Positions 19,733-28,617 of a stretch of 64,000 bases of DNA are shown here, piece after piece. The stretch's first letter is position 1, and each line of letters starts with the position of its first letter. The notes under the pieces are model-generated. The model did not search any database and was not told the origin of the DNA. It saw nothing but the letters and a program-made list of their open reading frames with translations. This DNA is from a virus: IMG/VR virus record IMGVR_UViG_3300034284_002638, positions 1-64,000 of that record. One strand, written 5' to 3'. The position numbers and the translations under genes are program-made.

Positions 19733-19947
19733 CAAAAATTGAACTGCTTGAGTACCTCACAAGAATGGCCAAGGAATACAGATCCGGATGCGCAGCCTCC
19801 GTGATCAGGAACAGACACATGAACGAGACCAACGGCGAGTGCAACGCCGACCAGAACACAATAGACGCCATCTTGGTAGATTTTATAAACCGCATCGGCG
19901 TGGACCAACATGTGGACTACGGCTTGTACACGAGGGATTTAAATTGA
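19729..19947 (+). CDS. Hypothetical protein
   Basis: Coupled ORF. Confidence 0.6.
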   Translation: MTKIELLEYLTRMAKEYRSGCAASVIRNRHMNETNGECNADQNTIDAILVDFINRIGVDQHVDYGLYTRDLN

Positions 19948-20510
19948 AAATATACATTGGACCATATTTAAAATGGTGGGGTCCGTATCAGATTGCCGAT
20001 TTGCTCAAGTTTGTCGGCGTTCCAAAAGAACTCCGGGAAAAGATAGGCAAGCGTCTTGCCGATACTCCTCTCCTAGGAATATGCGAGTGGATTCACGCTC
20101 GCCGCAAGCGCACGGTCAAAATTCGCATAGACAACTACGATGTGTGGGGGATGGACAGCACCATCGCCTTGATAGCCTTGCCGTTGCTCAAGAAACTTAA
20201 GGAAAAGAAACAAGGATCTCCCCACGTAGACGACGAAGATGTTCCAGAGCATCTTCGTGTCGCCGCCGCAACGCCCTTGACAGAAGAGGAACAACACTGC
20301 GGATATCCCGACAATAATTTTCACCTCCGATGGGAGTGGGTGGTCGACGAAATAATCTGGGGGTTTGAGAACATGATCGCGGATGACGAAGGAAAGACCG
20401 AATTCTACAAAGAAGGCAGGCTGGATCTTGAAGCCCATAAGAAGTTCCACGACAGAATCCAGAACGCTATGTGTTTGTTCGGGAAGTACCTTCAAGGAAT
20501 GTGGGACTAA
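19944..20510 (+). CDS. Phage hypothetical protein (MKIYIGPY...LFGKYLQGMWD)
   Basis: TTG start overlapping the upstream stop. Confidence 0.65.
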   Translation: MKIYIGPYLKWWGPYQIADLLKFVGVPKELREKIGKRLADTPLLGICEWIHARRKRTVKIRIDNYDVWGMDSTIALIALPLLKKLKEKKQGSPHVDDEDVPEHLRVAAATPLTEEEQHCGYPDNNFHLRWEWVVDEIIWGFENMIADDEGKTEFYKEGRLDLEAHKKFHDRIQNAMCLFGKYLQGMWD

Positions 20511-20541
20511 GTTCCTTTGCATCGCTAAAAAAGAGACTATA

Positions 20542-20850
20542 ATGGGCGTAGAAAAACTAAGAACACTGCTGCGTCGCAAACTTGGGTGCATAAGAAAGGA
20601 TCTCTGGCTCGGGGGGGCTCACGGCGCAGATTGCGAATACCGCCACCAGATCGCCACGGAGAGGGCTTGGGCGGCTTACCTTGTCTCGATTGGATGTAAA
20701 CTTGTAGAGGAGCACGCGATCCGAAGAGACTTTGAGAGCGCGTTTAACGATGTCGCCCCGGGCACGATGTGCGTCAAGGTAGAAAGCGACTTCGTATTTA
20801 TCCCCGGAGAACTAGCCGCGAAGATTCTCGTATTGGGAGTTCTGCCGTGA
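20542..20850 (+). CDS. LGxP-family paralog 2
   Basis: WAAYLVSIGC...IPGELAAKILVLGVLP*. Confidence 0.75.
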   Translation: MGVEKLRTLLRRKLGCIRKDLWLGGAHGADCEYRHQIATERAWAAYLVSIGCKLVEEHAIRRDFESAFNDVAPGTMCVKVESDFVFIPGELAAKILVLGVLP

Positions 20851-20892
20851 CAAAAAAAATGTCGCACATCAAAAACTACTGGGCGATCTGAA

Positions 20893-21111
20893 ATGAAACT
20901 CTTTGCTTGCTACGCGATCTTCGCCCTGTTTGTCTCTTCTTGCTTCATGTCTCACCGCCATGAAGACTTCAAGTACTTGTCACTTTTCTCGGCGGGCGTC
21001 CTGCTGGGTTTCTTGGGCAACGAAATGTTCTCGACGGATTCCATAAAGACGAGAAGGGAGATGCCCAAGGGACCTCCTCCAGCGTTGCGCCCCAAGAGGC
21101 AAATAACATGA
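20893..21111 (+). CDS. Small membrane protein
   Basis: Two hydrophobic segments. Confidence 0.5.
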   Translation: MKLFACYAIFALFVSSCFMSHRHEDFKYLSLFSAGVLLGFLGNEMFSTDSIKTRREMPKGPPPALRPKRQIT

Positions 21112-21234
21112 ACTTCAATGATTTCTGTATAGTGGTCATCGCATACCTCTATATTGACTCTTGGATGACGGCCTTTCGTTTGAGAGGCATGCAGAAGAAA
21201 ATCGAGGAACTCCAGAAGGCACTGGGGATTAACG

Positions 21235-21459
21235 ATGAGTGACAAGAAAGATTGGAAACAGAAACAACTAGAAGCCATCCGATCCGGCTATACTCGCTCC
21301 AAAGAATTGGCAGAAGAAATATGGCTTGAGGGGAACCACGAGGGAACCCCCAATGATTTCTATTATTTCCAGTGTGGTTTTGTGGCCGGGTTGAATTATC
21401 AACGGCTGAAGGCTTTGGAAAAGCTGAGCGAACTTGATCAAGAATTGGGGTTTCAATAA
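21235..21459 (+). CDS. Hypothetical protein
   Basis: Coupled ORF. Confidence 0.6.
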   Translation: MSDKKDWKQKQLEAIRSGYTRSKELAEEIWLEGNHEGTPNDFYYFQCGFVAGLNYQRLKALEKLSELDQELGFQ

Positions 21460-21971
21460 TGAATAAGATACTTTACTTCTTGAGTACCGGGGTAATAATG
21501 CTCTCTATCTTTGACAGTTTCAAGACGAAAAAGGCTCCGGAAGACATCGTCTACCATTCCCTATCCGCCGAGGGCACCGTGGAATCCATCCACATCGGGG
21601 GCCGCACCGAGGTGGCGAAGGTCGTCGGAGCCAAGCTGACAAGGCACGGCAGATACTCAAAGACCACTAGATGGGGAAGAAGGACAGACCTCTGGACACT
21701 GGATGCGGAAATAATCCAGCCCGAGGGCGAGAAGAACTACTTCGCCCCGCACCTTGACGGCATGGTGGATGTAAAACAGAAATCTGGGCAGTTGACAGAA
21801 CACGGAGAGCGCCCTTGGGATGCACTGACCAATATGTGCGTTGGTTGGGATCAGTTAAGATTCGCCAATATCGTATTCAAGGACGACAAACCCGTGAGCG
21901 TCTACTTCTCCCATTTGAAATTTTCTGAGGGTGAGTGGATAATGGTTGCCTCTTATGTGGCAAACTTTTGA
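21459..21971 (+). CDS. Hypothetical protein
   Basis: 170-aa ORF. Confidence 0.6.
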   Translation: MNKILYFLSTGVIMLSIFDSFKTKKAPEDIVYHSLSAEGTVESIHIGGRTEVAKVVGAKLTRHGRYSKTTRWGRRTDLWTLDAEIIQPEGEKNYFAPHLDGMVDVKQKSGQLTEHGERPWDALTNMCVGWDQLRFANIVFKDDKPVSVYFSHLKFSEGEWIMVASYVANF

Positions 21972-21980
21972 AAGTACTAG

Positions 21981-22424
21981 ATGAGTTCTCACATCAAAAT
22001 CCAGAAACCCGACTCGTGGGCCAACAATCCCGTGCTTGTCGCCGGAGAGTTGGCGTTGGACACTAACGCGAACATGCTGAAGGTGGGCGACGGCGTGACG
22101 GCTTGGACCGAACTTCCCTATATTTCTTCAGACCGTTGGCGCTCGCCCGGAGCCGAGGAGGCAGACAGGCCGAGGGAAAAATTAAAAGACATGATCTTCT
22201 TGAAATATGTCAACATGCTGCGGGAAGAACTCGGCAGGATTGTGATGCCTTCGGATCTGACCGGTCCTGAGCCGAATGGTTGGCGAACTTGGATGGAGAG
22301 ACATGGCCTGAAATACTTGAAGCCGACGAAGGATCATGTGGATGTTCCCTTCATGGGGGGCGAGTCCATATACATGCCAAGAGACTTCGCGGACAAGGCT
22401 CTGGTGCTGGGGTTTCTGCCATGA
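21981..22424 (+). CDS. LGxP-family paralog 3 fused to an Mtd_N/hyaluronidase-N-like domain
   Basis: N-terminal WANNPVLVAGELALDT...KVGDGVTAWTELPY; C-terminal MPRDFADKALVLGFLP*. Confidence 0.75.
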   Translation: MSSHIKIQKPDSWANNPVLVAGELALDTNANMLKVGDGVTAWTELPYISSDRWRSPGAEEADRPREKLKDMIFLKYVNMLREELGRIVMPSDLTGPEPNGWRTWMERHGLKYLKPTKDHVDVPFMGGESIYMPRDFADKALVLGFLP

Positions 22425-22560
22425 TCGCCGTTGAAATTTTCGTACTAGCCATCGCGATATCAATCGTCTTCTGGCTGTTCGCCATGCCGGTCATGATTCT
22501 TTGTTTATGGTTCATTCAGAGATTCTTTCCTTCCCCCGACACCACTGATCCGGGGCCGAA

Positions 22561-22863
22561 ATGACAAAGGTAGAAAAAGCAGACAGGCTCTACCAGATAT
22601 TCAAGCGTAGATTTGATGAGATCAAAGACGACATCGTTCGTGGCTCGGCGAAAAACCGAATCTTCTTGATCAACGAAAAGATAGAAGAATACATGGAAAA
22701 ACTGCATCCTCACGCAAGGATGATGCACCAAGAAACCCTTGTTTACTTGATCAACGAGCAAGTCGTGGACGCGATTGCCGTGATAAGCCCGGTCCACGAA
22801 AAAAAGGTCATCGTATTAGAAGTGGAATACGCAAATAAGATTTTGGTGTTGGGGCTGCCATGA
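22561..22863 (+). CDS. LGxP-family paralog 4
   Basis: RLYQIFKRRF...LEVEYANKILVLGLP*. Confidence 0.75.
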   Translation: MTKVEKADRLYQIFKRRFDEIKDDIVRGSAKNRIFLINEKIEEYMEKLHPHARMMHQETLVYLINEQVVDAIAVISPVHEKKVIVLEVEYANKILVLGLP

Positions 22864-23420
22864 CCAAAAGGGAAAAAGCAGACAAGTTGCATCTGATGTT
22901 CAGAAACAGATTCGACGAGATCAAGTGCTATGGGGGTTTCGGCTATTCGGCCGGCGTCAAAGGAATTGACGAGTATATGGAAAGATTGAAGCCTGATGTT
23001 ATAATGGTGCGTTGTGTCCATCTTGTATCCGTGATCAACAACGATTTCGTGGATTCAATCGCCGTGAGGAATCCTTATGACGGCGACAAGGCCATCGTTA
23101 TGGATGCGGGGTATGCCGACAAGATACTCGTGCTGGGACTACCACGAATAAAAAAAATAGAGTTGGGGCTGATCGGACTGGGTTTCGCCACCTTGCTTTT
23201 TCTGACGCCTTTTCTGAACGAAATCCACAAGAAAAATATTGAATCCCTCCGGGAACCGCCGGTCTTCAGAATCGAGGAACACCCGAGACTTCAGGCCCAC
23301 TGCAAGACATGCGAGCGTTGCAGGGAAATGGTATATAATCCCGAAAAGCCTACCCCGCCGATTTGCGACATCGGCATGGGCCTCATGGTAGAGGACGTCA
23401 AGGAAAGGTGGGGAAAATGA
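22860..23420 (+). CDS. LGxP-family paralog 5, reading through into a TM/Cys-containing domain
   Basis: Tandem paralog of 4; YADKILVLGLP followed by CGA where TGA is usual. Confidence 0.7.
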   Translation: MTKREKADKLHLMFRNRFDEIKCYGGFGYSAGVKGIDEYMERLKPDVIMVRCVHLVSVINNDFVDSIAVRNPYDGDKAIVMDAGYADKILVLGLPRIKKIELGLIGLGFATLLFLTPFLNEIHKKNIESLREPPVFRIEEHPRLQAHCKTCERCREMVYNPEKPTPPICDIGMGLMVEDVKERWGK

Positions 23421-23833
23421 CCGAAGAATGCGCCGATCCCGAAGCCCCGAAAGAGAATTGCGTCTCCTGCGGGAAGATCGTCCACACGTGCGAGAGGAAG
23501 ACCCCCGTCAACGACAGTTATCTCTGCCCGGCACACGGAGAAGGATGGCAGTTGGACGATGGAGTCTGGGTCTGCGGCGCGGAATGCGAAGAAAAATACT
23601 TCAGGAGGGAGTCTTTCAAGCGGGACATCAAATTTTTCCATCCGTTCAACTTTCTGGTTTTCAGAAAGCCCAAGATGGACGACCCCGAATGGCACCCCAG
23701 CGATGATCTATGCCAGTACGGATTCAGTCTGGATTTGACCACCGAATTGTACTACTACACATACGATTGGGGTCGTGGCATCAATTTCAGAATTCTGGGC
23801 TTCGGATTTGAATGGACGAAGGTGAAAATGTGA
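23417..23833 (+). CDS. Cys-rich hypothetical protein, copy A
   Basis: CxxC, YLCPxHG; paralog at 40321. Confidence 0.7.
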   Translation: MTEECADPEAPKENCVSCGKIVHTCERKTPVNDSYLCPAHGEGWQLDDGVWVCGAECEEKYFRRESFKRDIKFFHPFNFLVFRKPKMDDPEWHPSDDLCQYGFSLDLTTELYYYTYDWGRGINFRILGFGFEWTKVKM

Positions 23834-24084
23834 AAAACTGGGAATTCACCCTAGAACTGACGGGCGCGGAAGACTTGACCACCGAACTGGCCGACGCTTT
23901 GTTCCTTGCGGGGTGCGCCGACGCAACCCTCAGCAAGTCCGGAGGCAAGTTGTGGCTGGACTTTGACAGGGACTCTGAATCCTTGGAAGAGGCCGTTCGG
24001 ACTGCCATTGATAATGTGCGCCGTGCCGGCGAGAGGCTGGGTTTTTCTTTGGACGCCAAGGAGGCGAGAGATGGAGATCGGTGA
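23830..24084 (+). CDS. HicB-N-like small protein, copy A
   Basis: WEFTL...LADALFLAGCADAT...LDFDRDSESLEEAV; paralog at 41013. Confidence 0.55.
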   Translation: MKNWEFTLELTGAEDLTTELADALFLAGCADATLSKSGGKLWLDFDRDSESLEEAVRTAIDNVRRAGERLGFSLDAKEARDGDR

Positions 24085-24478
24085 TAAGATAGAGGGAGTT
24101 TCCGGCCGCTTCGGGGATTTCGTGGGCTCGTTCAACAAGAGCGACATGGAGCCCGACCCGAACTTGGAGTACATCTACGATCACGGCACTGTCTTCTGCG
24201 AGGAGGCTCCGTACAATCTTCCCACAGAATACGCTTGCCGTGGGCGCAAGATCGCAGTCAATGTCAGGAAGCAGAAAGGATATTCTTGTAAATACAGCTT
24301 CAACTTCATAGACGACGAGACCAAAAAGGAATACCATACCCACTACGGATGGAGCCTCATCCCCAACACCTCCGAGAACTTGCTGAGGCTTGAGGAGATC
24401 AGAGGGCTCAATGATCAGATTAATCAGCTCGGAATTCGCATAGGGGCGGTCAGGAAGGAAATGGGTCACCTGGGGTGA
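24071..24478 (+). CDS. Hypothetical protein, copy A
   Basis: Close paralog at 32538. Confidence 0.7.
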   Translation: MEIGDKIEGVSGRFGDFVGSFNKSDMEPDPNLEYIYDHGTVFCEEAPYNLPTEYACRGRKIAVNVRKQKGYSCKYSFNFIDDETKKEYHTHYGWSLIPNTSENLLRLEEIRGLNDQINQLGIRIGAVRKEMGHLG

Positions 24479-24482
24479 GAAG

Positions 24483-24737
24483 ATGACACGCAGTTTGATA
24501 GCAATTTCAATACTTTTCCTCTCCGCTTGCGGAGTGAACCAAGAAAAAACTTATAGAGTCTACGATGTGACAGACGCTAGTGGCAAAACATATCGCAATC
24601 TAAATCATTCAGGCGGCGATGTTTTCATAGACTACGACGGAAATCAATACATTTTCAACGGAAACTACACGGTAATAACCAGAAAAGTTTCGGGCGAACA
24701 GTTTTTGAGGGAAGTTCAACACCGAGAAAAGCCTTGA
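24483..24737 (+). CDS. Putative lipoprotein
   Basis: Signal peptide with lipobox LSAC. Confidence 0.6.
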   Translation: MTRSLIAISILFLSACGVNQEKTYRVYDVTDASGKTYRNLNHSGGDVFIDYDGNQYIFNGNYTVITRKVSGEQFLREVQHREKP

Positions 24738-25006
24738 GAGAAATTGAACAAAAACTCAATCAGATGATGATCAAACTTATGGCCTTTCTTTTTGAGAGCG
24801 CCCAGAACGGAAGTTTCGGCTGGGATGACTGGCTGGCGACGAACGGAATAACGACGACGCCCGAAAACAAGGACGAATATTGGGCGGTGACAATCAATAC
24901 TGCATTTTCTAACAAAGGAGAATGCTATGCGCGGCATGAGGCGACCACATTCCATGTCCCCAAGGAACTTGCCACGAAAGCCCTCGTGCTGGGGTTCTTG
25001 CCATGA
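24734..25006 (+). CDS. LGxP-family paralog 6
   Basis: WDDWLATNGI...VPKELATKALVLGFLP*. Confidence 0.75.
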   Translation: MREIEQKLNQMMIKLMAFLFESAQNGSFGWDDWLATNGITTTPENKDEYWAVTINTAFSNKGECYARHEATTFHVPKELATKALVLGFLP

Positions 25007-25254
25007 ATCTTGATCGTCTTGAAGCCGCCGAGAAGATTGAGAGCCTCCTGGCCCTCAAATACGACCGTGACTTCTACATGACGGGGAAGTCATGGAGTGA
25101 CTACCTTGAGTCCATAGGGTGCTTCTCCGACCCCCATTATTCGTTCTTCAAGGTGGTAGATCCGGAGAGTTTCCACAAGCGCGGCGGCCTTACTTTCGTG
25201 AGAATACCCGAAGAATTCGCCTTCAAGGTCTTGGTGCTGGGCGAGTTTCCTTGA
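25003..25254 (+). CDS. LGxP-family paralog 7
   Basis: WSDYLESIGC...IPEEFAFKVLVLGEFP*. Confidence 0.75.
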   Translation: MNLDRLEAAEKIESLLALKYDRDFYMTGKSWSDYLESIGCFSDPHYSFFKVVDPESFHKRGGLTFVRIPEEFAFKVLVLGEFP

Positions 25255-26602
25255 ACTTTACATCTATAAAAAAGGGACTACGAGAAAAGCACGCATAGAC
25301 CCGTATGGATAAACGGGTCTCCAAAAGAAAAGAAACGAAGAAGCGTCGGTCAAAAATGGACTGCCGAGTCTTCGAGTTGAAACTGGACCGCTCCAAGATG
25401 TCAAAGAAGACCCGTACGCACCTTTCGCAACTGTTCACGGAGGCGAAGTGGTTCTACAACTACTGCCTGTCCATGGATGACATCAACGAGTCCGACACCA
25501 CAGCCAAGACCGTCCCCGTCAAGGTAGAGGACAGGTACGAGGATCGGCCACTGATTGTTTTCGGCGGAGAGATGAAGCAGGCGATGAAGGCAAGAATATT
25601 CGGGTCTTTGTCCTCGCTCAAGGCCCTGAAGGAAAAGGGACACAAGGTCGGAAGACTAAAGTTCAAGAGCAGGATCAACTCCATACCTCTGAAACAGTAT
25701 GGTGCGACCCACCAGTTGGATAAGAAAAAGTCAATGGTCAAGATCAGGAGCGTGAGGAAGTGGCTCAAGGCATCCGGACTCAACCAAATTCCCGACGATG
25801 TTGAGATCGCCAACGCCAACCTCGTGCGGAAGGCCGACGACTTCTACCTCAAGGTCACCACCTTCGGCGAGAAGAAGGAGAGGGTCGTGCCGGAGGCGAG
25901 CATCGGCATAGACTTCGGGTGCGAGACCCAGTTGACGTTCAGCGACGGTACGAAGGTCGAGTTCCAGGTCCCCGTGAGCAAGCGGCTCCGCCGATTGGAC
26001 AGGAAGATCATGAGGGACAGACGTCCCGACTCCAAGAAGAAGAACCAAGACAGGATCAAGAGACAGCGGGAGTACGAACGTATTTCCAACAGGAAGAAGG
26101 ACATAAGGAACAAGATCGTTCATGCGATAACCAGCAGTTTCAGGTATGTGTGCTTTCAGGACGAGAGCGTCCACGCTTGGCAAGCAAGTGGTCACGGGAG
26201 GAAGATACAGAATTCTGGCATCGGCGGGATAATCTCCGACTTGAAGAACAAGTCGGTAACGCCGTGTGAGGTTCCCAAGTTCTTCCCCTCGACCAAGCTC
26301 TGTCCGAGTTGCGGCAGTTTGAATAGGCTTTCTTTGGGGGAAAGGACATACCGGTGCGGTTGTGGTTTTGAGCGTGACCGTGACTGGAAGTCGGCCTCTT
26401 GTATAGAGACCGAAGGTTTGATACAAAAAAGAGTACCTGTGGAACGCAGGGATTTTAAGGTGCAGGAGAGTTCCGCCTCTGCCTTCGTCGGGCTGTTGAG
26501 TAAGATCAACGGAATCCGCGTGAAGGCAAGCGGGTTCAATGAATGCAGGAAGCCCACGGCTTCAGCGAGCCTGAGGGCTCGCTGAAGCCGTGGGTAGTTC
26601 AC
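25255..26602 (+). mobile_element. Non-autonomous IS200/IS605-type (IS1341-like) tnpB-only element
   Basis: tnpB ORF with no tnpA; 8-bp hairpin at 25297-25320; 19-bp perfect hairpin at 26553-26594 followed by TAGTTCAC. Left boundary is approximate. Confidence 0.75.
25305..26585 (+). CDS. tnpB: TnpB RNA-guided endonuclease
   Basis: RuvC-I GIDFG, RuvC-II FQDE, PSTKLCPSCG...YRCGCG zinc ribbon, RuvC-III DRDWKSA. Confidence 0.88.
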   Translation: MDKRVSKRKETKKRRSKMDCRVFELKLDRSKMSKKTRTHLSQLFTEAKWFYNYCLSMDDINESDTTAKTVPVKVEDRYEDRPLIVFGGEMKQAMKARIFGSLSSLKALKEKGHKVGRLKFKSRINSIPLKQYGATHQLDKKKSMVKIRSVRKWLKASGLNQIPDDVEIANANLVRKADDFYLKVTTFGEKKERVVPEASIGIDFGCETQLTFSDGTKVEFQVPVSKRLRRLDRKIMRDRRPDSKKKNQDRIKRQREYERISNRKKDIRNKIVHAITSSFRYVCFQDESVHAWQASGHGRKIQNSGIGGIISDLKNKSVTPCEVPKFFPSTKLCPSCGSLNRLSLGERTYRCGCGFERDRDWKSASCIETEGLIQKRVPVERRDFKVQESSASAFVGLLSKINGIRVKASGFNECRKPTASASLRAR

Positions 26603-26603
26603 A

Positions 26604-26849
26604 ATGAGCGCAGACAACTTTGTCATCGTCCGCAAGTTTGAGGACGGGTGGCGTTGGGCCATGGGCTTCGCCACCCATTGTGTTGAAAACAACCTCTCTT
26701 TTGGAGAGGGGGTCAAGGACCGGAGTTTCGTCAACGGCCCATTCGGCACGATTGAAGATGCGTCAAGCCACGCCGAAAAAGAACTCGGAATCATCGAGTA
26801 CGGAATAATCGTGGACAACCATAAAGAGATCCATAATGACCACGCTTGA
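26604..26849 (+). CDS. Hypothetical protein (MSADNF), copy A
   Basis: Paralog at 31835. Confidence 0.7.
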   Translation: MSADNFVIVRKFEDGWRWAMGFATHCVENNLSFGEGVKDRSFVNGPFGTIEDASSHAEKELGIIEYGIIVDNHKEIHNDHA

Positions 26850-27105
26850 ATATTGGGTTGTTCGTGTGGCCTATTTGGTCGAGGGCGCCGCCGGAGTCGC
26901 CGGACTGGCCGCTATGGTGCTTGTTCCTTGGATTCTTCTGATCGGGTTTGTTTCGTGCTGGCTTTGGCGCCGATCAAAGTATTCAAAACTCCGTTCCGCC
27001 GTCAGGCGCCTCTTGGACGATGTCAACTCCCGCTACCCGGACAAGAACCCAAGGGAGTGGAGTTGTCCCTATATGCAGGCCTTGGACGACATGACCCATA
27101 CATGA
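26836..27105 (+). CDS. Membrane protein with a YPDKNPREWSCPY C-terminal module
   Basis: TM N-terminus; C-terminus shared with 32046-32330. Confidence 0.65.
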   Translation: MTTLEYWVVRVAYLVEGAAGVAGLAAMVLVPWILLIGFVSCWLWRRSKYSKLRSAVRRLLDDVNSRYPDKNPREWSCPYMQALDDMTHT

Positions 27106-27479
27106 AAAACCAAGCCATCAAACTCTTGCTGTGCCGGATGCACGAACTTTCTTGTTGGTATCGGACCAACTTCAGGAACCATAGCCAATTAGACGGCTAC
27201 AGGTCCGAGTATGACTTGCACCAAGCCTACCTTGAGGAGATCGGATGCTCTTGCGTCCGTAGAGAGAAAATCATCGTCCGAGAGTTCTTGCAGAATCCCG
27301 ACAAACAAACCTTGGAATCCCTCGGGCTTCCGGAAGGACGATTCGTCGCTTTGGCCCACCCTTGGGAGGCGACTACGATCATACTTATACCCGAAGACCT
27401 CGCCATGAAGGCCGTCGTTCTCGGGGAGTTCCCGGCAATGGATGCGTTCGGGCAACCAAGGAGCCATCAACTTGCATGA
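27102..27479 (+). CDS. LGxP-family paralog 8
   Basis: AYLEEIGC...IPEDLAMKAVVLGEFP. Confidence 0.75.
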   Translation: MKNQAIKLLLCRMHELSCWYRTNFRNHSQLDGYRSEYDLHQAYLEEIGCSCVRREKIIVREFLQNPDKQTLESLGLPEGRFVALAHPWEATTIILIPEDLAMKAVVLGEFPAMDAFGQPRSHQLA

Positions 27480-27715
27480 GAGTCTATATCGTCATCGGAA
27501 CGACGGAAGGCGTCTACCAAGACGAAATCGGCGGGCCTTTTCTCCCTCATCCCGACAAGGAAATCGTTGAAGTATTCTCAAAGCAGGAGGATGCGGAGAA
27601 TTTCGTCAAGAACAGGAAGTTGAAGAAGCCGGAAAGAGGGAGTTACGGCGACACCTCCTTCTACAAGGGCGGATACTACGAACTTGAGGTAGAGGAACAT
27701 GAAGTCAGAGGATGA
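27476..27715 (+). CDS. Phage hypothetical protein (MRVYIV...LEVEEHEV)
   Basis: Coupled ORF. Confidence 0.6.
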   Translation: MRVYIVIGTTEGVYQDEIGGPFLPHPDKEIVEVFSKQEDAENFVKNRKLKKPERGSYGDTSFYKGGYYELEVEEHEVRG

Positions 27716-28016
27716 CGACGGACGCTATTTGCTCTTGGGAGGAAGATCCTCGCCCGGCCCTCTGTCGGCTCAAGGCCCCATCTACGACAGGTTCCAGAAT
27801 TTTTTGTACGACATGGTGGCCCTCGGTACGCCGCAGCCGAAGGGGAGGGCGGATGCCTTGAAGACGAGACTAGAGGGTGTCGGGGTCAGATTTTCAAATA
27901 ACCCATGGCCTCCGACCCGAAAGCCAAACGAATGGGTGTTCGCATCGCCCTTCGGAGCGCACCTCGCAATTGACAAGGAAACCGCCGAGAAAATATTGGT
28001 GCTGGGACTGCCATGA
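27699..28016 (+). CDS. LGxP-family paralog 9
   Basis: RLEGVGV...IDKETAEKILVLGLP*. Confidence 0.75.
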   Translation: MKSEDDDGRYLLLGGRSSPGPLSAQGPIYDRFQNFLYDMVALGTPQPKGRADALKTRLEGVGVRFSNNPWPPTRKPNEWVFASPFGAHLAIDKETAEKILVLGLP

Positions 28017-28327
28017 GAGACCTTATTGACATCGTAAAGATCGCAAATCAGCATCCCCACCAAGGCTATCCGAGGAAAATGAAGGTCTATGACATTCTTC
28101 AAAGAAAGTATACCGAATCCTTTGAAAACAAAGAGATGGATGTGTTCAGCCATGTGGCCTACGCAATGGCAAAGACGAAGTGGCACGAATATCTCAAGTC
28201 GCTCGGCATGACTTTTGACATAGAGGAAGGCATACTTGATCCTTCCTGTCATCTGGAATGGCAGCAGAGATGGATCAAGATTTCCGAAGAAACGATGAAC
28301 AAGATATTGACATTGGGGTTGCCATGA
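28013..28327 (+). CDS. LGxP-family paralog 10
   Basis: KVYDILQRKY, WHEYLKSLGM, ISEETMNKILTLGLP*. Confidence 0.75.
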   Translation: MRDLIDIVKIANQHPHQGYPRKMKVYDILQRKYTESFENKEMDVFSHVAYAMAKTKWHEYLKSLGMTFDIEEGILDPSCHLEWQQRWIKISEETMNKILTLGLP

Positions 28328-28617
28328 GATGGGAAAGACGATCCATATCAAAACTTGAACTGATTCTTCGCGAGAGGTTTTCAAAACTGCACGCAGAACG
28401 CTTGCCCGTGACCGTCGGCCGGCACTTGAACATCGTCAAGGAGTGGACCAAGCTCCTTGAGGAATCGGGATGTCTTTTTTCTTCAAAGGGCTGTCTCGTG
28501 GAGCCCGTGAATCATCCGAAGGGATTCGTCGTCGTGTCCGACCCCATCAAGTGTAGGACGATTGCCGTTCCGGAAGAACTCGCCTTGAAGGCGATCGTTT
28601 TTGGGGAGATCCCGTGA
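28324..28617 (+). CDS. LGxP-family paralog 11
   Basis: VPEELALKAIVFGEIP*; sister of 37913. Confidence 0.75.
   Translation: MRWERRSISKLELILRERFSKLHAERLPVTVGRHLNIVKEWTKLLEESGCLFSSKGCLVEPVNHPKGFVVVSDPIKCRTIAVPEELALKAIVFGEIP

Noticed and set aside
25305-26585. Cas12f/Cas14 CRISPR effector
   Set aside because: No CRISPR array or cas genes nearby, and it has an IS200/IS605-type right end.
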